64,000 nucleotides of DNA. Origin: Prorocentrum cordatum. Taxonomy: Eukaryota. Below the pieces are notes generated by a model. The model did not search any database. It was not told the DNA's origin and saw only the letters and a program-made list of their open reading frames with translations. The DNA is taken from contig CAUYUJ010000156.1 in NCBI GenBank assembly GCA_963575745.1, positions 1 to 64,000 on the forward strand, in the 5' to 3' direction. Made by a program: the position numbers and the translations under genes. Below are positions 60,440-64,000 of the stretch, piece by piece (the stretch's first letter is position 1; the number at the start of each line of letters is the position of its first letter).

Positions 60440-61611
60440 AGAGCGTGTTCTACCGCTGCTGGCGGAAAACCGGGGGGGGTCACTACCGGTTCGAACCCCT
60501 CCCCCCCCCCTCCGGAAAACCGGGGGGGGTCACTACCGGTTCGAACCCCTCCCCCCCCCCCCCCCAGCTCATCATGAAAAGGGGGGGGGGTCACTACCGG
60601 TTCGAACCCCCCCCCCCCCTCGAAAACCGAGTGGGGGTGCGGACAGTGGTGGGGACGGTGTTGGTGGGGACAGTGGTGAGGGGACAGCGGGACAGTGGTG
60701 GGGACAGTGGGGGGACAGTGGGACAGTGGTGGGGACGGTAGTGGTGGGGACAGTGGTGGGGACAATGGTGGGAACAGGGGGGACAGTGGACAGTGGTGGG
60801 AACGGTGGTGGTGGGGACAGTGGTGTGGGGACAGTGGGAATGAGGTGGAAACACTGGGACAGTGGAGGGTACAATGGTGGTGGAGACACTGGTAAAGGCG
60901 GTGGCGAGGACGGCGGTGGGACAATGGGACAGAGGTACAGTGGGGACAGTGGTGGGGACAGTGGGGACAGTGGTGGAAACAGTGGGACAGCTCAGTGGGA
61001 CAGCGGAGGAGTCAGTGGGACAGTGGGGACAGTGGGGATAGGCAGTGGTTGGGTCCGTGGAGACAGTGGGGAGAGTGGAACCGTGGTGGGAACAGTTGTG
61101 GGAACAGTGGGGACAGTGCGACAGTGGTGGGGGCATTGGTGGGGACAATAGGGACGGTGGTGGAACCAGTGGGGACAGTGGTGGTGAGGACAGTGGTGCT
61201 GGGAACAACAGTGGGGGATGTGATGCGAGCGGTGGTAGGGACCGGGAGTCGTTTGCTGGCGGTGCGTGGGGGGGGGGTCGAACCGGTAGTGACCCCCCTC
61301 CGGTTTTCGGGGGGGGGGGGGGGTTCGAACCGGTAGTGACCCCCCCCGGTTTTCGGATCCGGAGGGGGGGGGGGGGGGGGGGGAGGGGTTCGAACCGGTA
61401 GTGACCCCCCCCGGTTTTCGAGGGGGAGGGGGGGGGGGGAGGGGTTAGGGGAGGGGGGGGTTTTGCCGGGAGAGGAGGGGGGGGGGGGGGGGGGGGAGGG
61501 GTTCCGGCAAGGGGGGGGGGATTTTCGGAGGGGGGGGGGGGGGAGGACCCCCGGGTTCCGGAGGAAAAGGTTGGCAATTTTCCACAGTAAAGCGGCGGTG
61601 GATCACGCTCT
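60440..61611. mobile_element. Non-autonomous TIR element within (TA)n, with triple subterminal repeats and a GGGACAGTGGT minisatellite core
   Basis: AGAGCGTGTTCTACCGCTGCT pairs with AGCGGCGGTGGATCACGCTCT; GGGGTCACTACCGGTTCGA occurs three times at each end, inverted. Confidence 0.85.
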
Positions 61612-62034
61612 CTCTCTCTTCTCTCTCTTCTCTCTCTCTCTCTCTTTATATATATATATATATATACATACATATATGTACACGTATACACATCCATGCT
61701 TGTACACATACGCGCATGTACATATACACATAGGTATATATGGGTATATATATATATACACACGCACGCACGTGCATGCATTGGTGATGAATGTGCGGGT
61801 GCGCGGGTGCGCAGGGGGTGGTTCCTGAGCGCAGCGCCCAGTAATTTGCTCCTGAACGCGGAGCGCCAGGGCGGTCGCGGGGATGTCCTTGGTTGTCTGG
61901 TTTGCCCCGTCTTTTTTTTTTGGGGGGGGGGGGGTATTTTTACACACACACACACATATGCATTGAAGCGCTGGGAAGACGTTCCCCATACTTTGTTGTT
62001 TTACATGTGTTTAATCATCACGTCTTCGCATTGT

Positions 62035-62275
62035 ATTCTCACTCCGCGCCCTCGACACTCAGGAGCCGCGCTCTCGCTTGGGCCTATGTCACAATTTACT
62101 TGGGAATCGCTCTATCGCTCGAGACTTCCTCGCGATTCATGCAGGACGCACCCTACAGCAACCCGCCTGCTCGACCTGGCCGCCTGGGCCCGCCTTCCCG
62201 ACCCGCCTGTAAGGGTCTACCCGCCCGATCTCCCCGTCTGGTCCTGCAATGTGTTTTCTGCTCCGAGCCCCCCTC
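62035..62275. repeat. Fragment of the type A element (42-bp repeat region)
   Basis: CGCTCTCGCTT, GAGACTTCCTCGC and CCCGACCCGCC match ~4270-4480. Confidence 0.65.
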
Positions 62276-62739
62276 CTGCTACTCTCTCTCTCTCTCTTGT
62301 GCTCCATCCTCCTCCCTCCCCCTTGTCCCTTTCTTCCATCCGTCCTCTCCTCCCCTTTTTCAGCCAAAAGCAACCCTCGCGGCCATGCCTTGCTGTTATA
62401 TCCTCTGGTGTGTTGTCTTCTAGCTGTCCATTCGTCTCCGCTCCTCAGCAGTTGGATGCTGTCAGCTAGCCGTGAGCCGGCCCGGAGGATAACATTAAAA
62501 CTATGTAGTTGTGCGTTTGGCTCGAGCAAAGCTTGCCGGTCCAGCCGGGCAAGATAGTGGGAGAGCAGGGGGGGAGGGGCAAATGAGTGCCAAGGCACGC
62601 GGGTACAGCATCGGACGAAGTCCTGACGTGGGCGGGGGCGGGGCGAACCAAAACCCCCCAGGGGCCCGAGGGGGCCCGAAGAGGAAGGGAAGTGGGGATG
62701 GGGGCGGGCGCAGAACAGAGAAACGCCGCCCAGGAGGCG

Positions 62740-64000
62740 TCAACTTGCCGACCTGGCTTGTCCACGCGGCGCCCAGTTCAGGTACACGTGACGGCCAGGG
62801 GCGTCTGGCGGCACGTTGTTTGCCATTCTGTCCATTAGCATGTTGCATCCCGAATCCGCATCCACGTTGAGGTCACGGTACACATGGTCTATGCTCACTT
62901 CGAACACGGATGGGAGACGGCGTAGCCTTTCAAGCATCGGCATCGCCAAAGCTTGCTCTTAGGCTGGTCGCAATGCAATTGATGCACACTTCCTTTCGTA
63001 TCTCAGCTGCCGGGCCACCAAGAGCAAAATCTAACAAGAAACGAAACGAATTCTCGGGACAGGGTTCTCGATGGCGTGGTTAACAGAAGGTAGCACCCCT
63101 GCATATTCTGTCTCGTTGTTCATTGCGTCCCGGAGAAACATGCCACAACAAGCGGCTACGCGTCTCTCACCAGCGTGAAAGAAGACGCTGCCACAGGATG
63201 ATTGGCGTTGCCCTGTTGCACCTTGTTAACAAGCAGCCCCGATTAAGGCATAGATCGTCCACCTGGGAGCAAAGTCGGGCGCGATGCTTGCTCTAAATCC
63301 GCGCCTTTCCGAACGCGTGCGCTCATGGGGGCTGCCCGCAAGCAACGGGTCGTCACTGAGACGCTGCACGTGGGGAATCACATCATCATATGTCAGTGCG
63401 GCCCTGCAACAGTAATCGACGTAGCCGCGCTACGGCGCTGGTGGCCGCCGACACCTGCGGGAGGCCTGAACCTCTGCCAGTGACCTCCTGCAGCCACAAC
63501 TGCGGGATTGTCAACCTGGCGTGATCTGGAAACGAGTCCTGCTAGCAAAGGACGCACGACAGTGCACGAGTCGCGGTGAGCGACTGAGTCATTGCCAGGT
63601 GACTGGCAAAAAGGGCATGGCGACACATCCCTGCCAGACATGGGGGCCATCCGATGCGTTGTCATTTCTCCATGCAGTACCCTGCGCATGAAAGCGATGC
63701 GGTGCTCGCCCGGGACACTGGACGGCATGCCGGGCAGAGCAGGCTGCACCGGCTGCCACTGCAGCCCCGCGGGGGGCAAGCCGAGCTTCCACCGTGTGTC
63801 TCGCCACTGGAAGTGCAGCTGCATGCATCTTCTGGCATAACAAACGGTAAATGCTGAAGCTGGGGGCGCTCCCTCGCGCTCGATTCCGGGCTTCGGCCAT
63901 GACCTCCGTCACCGTGCAACTCGTACTAGCATGCAGCGCACGATGCGCCATAGCAGAAGAAGTTAAGGGCCTCAGCTCGCTCGCGTTCCCAACAGTGCGC
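62740..64000 (-). pseudogene. Second non-LTR retrotransposon remnant (Zn motif and RNase H), running off the window end
   Basis: CPFCQSPGNDSVAH..C, then MNNETEYAG and IDHVYRDLNVDAD; in-frame stops. Confidence 0.8.

Noticed and set aside
60470..60620. tRNA genes from GGTTCGAACCC
   Set aside because: No A-box, D-arm or anticodon arm; the motif is a subterminal repeat.

Overview
Repeat-dense, GC-rich eukaryotic DNA, very probably dinoflagellate: two 19/22 matches to the dinoflagellate spliced leader, and introns with GA/GC donors in an AG|G context. Nearly all long ORFs in the track are microsatellite or satellite artefacts. What the sequence does support: (1) a plus-strand host gene of small exons in very large introns. 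Four exons (12944-13282, 16877-16932, 25142-25184, 26801-~26869) splice in frame into a ConA/LamG-like domain; weaker candidate exons lie upstream (9776, 11035) and downstream (34320, 34681 and their copies, 58995). (2) A decayed minus-strand LINE (ORF1, AP endonuclease, RT, Zn motif, RNase H) at ~51512-58719 whose 5' end is a spliced-leader relic. (3) A recent 3 x 7.64 kb tandem amplification (33563-56490) that copies the LINE ORF2 and two phase-0 candidate exons. (4) Five co-oriented ~1 kb non-coding elements separated by (GTT)n tracts (3881-8664). (5) Many short inverted-repeat elements, including a group with 5-bp TSDs, TA-flanked MITEs and nested insertions. (6) An inverted plus tandem cluster of a hairpin-ended satellite element (27106-30080), a fold-back 12-mer minisatellite (19060-24185), a (TA)n-embedded TIR element (60440-61611) and a second LINE remnant with a different RNase H type (62740-64000). 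No rRNA, tRNA or CRISPR array is supported. Alignments were made by eye, so boundaries may be off by a few bases.
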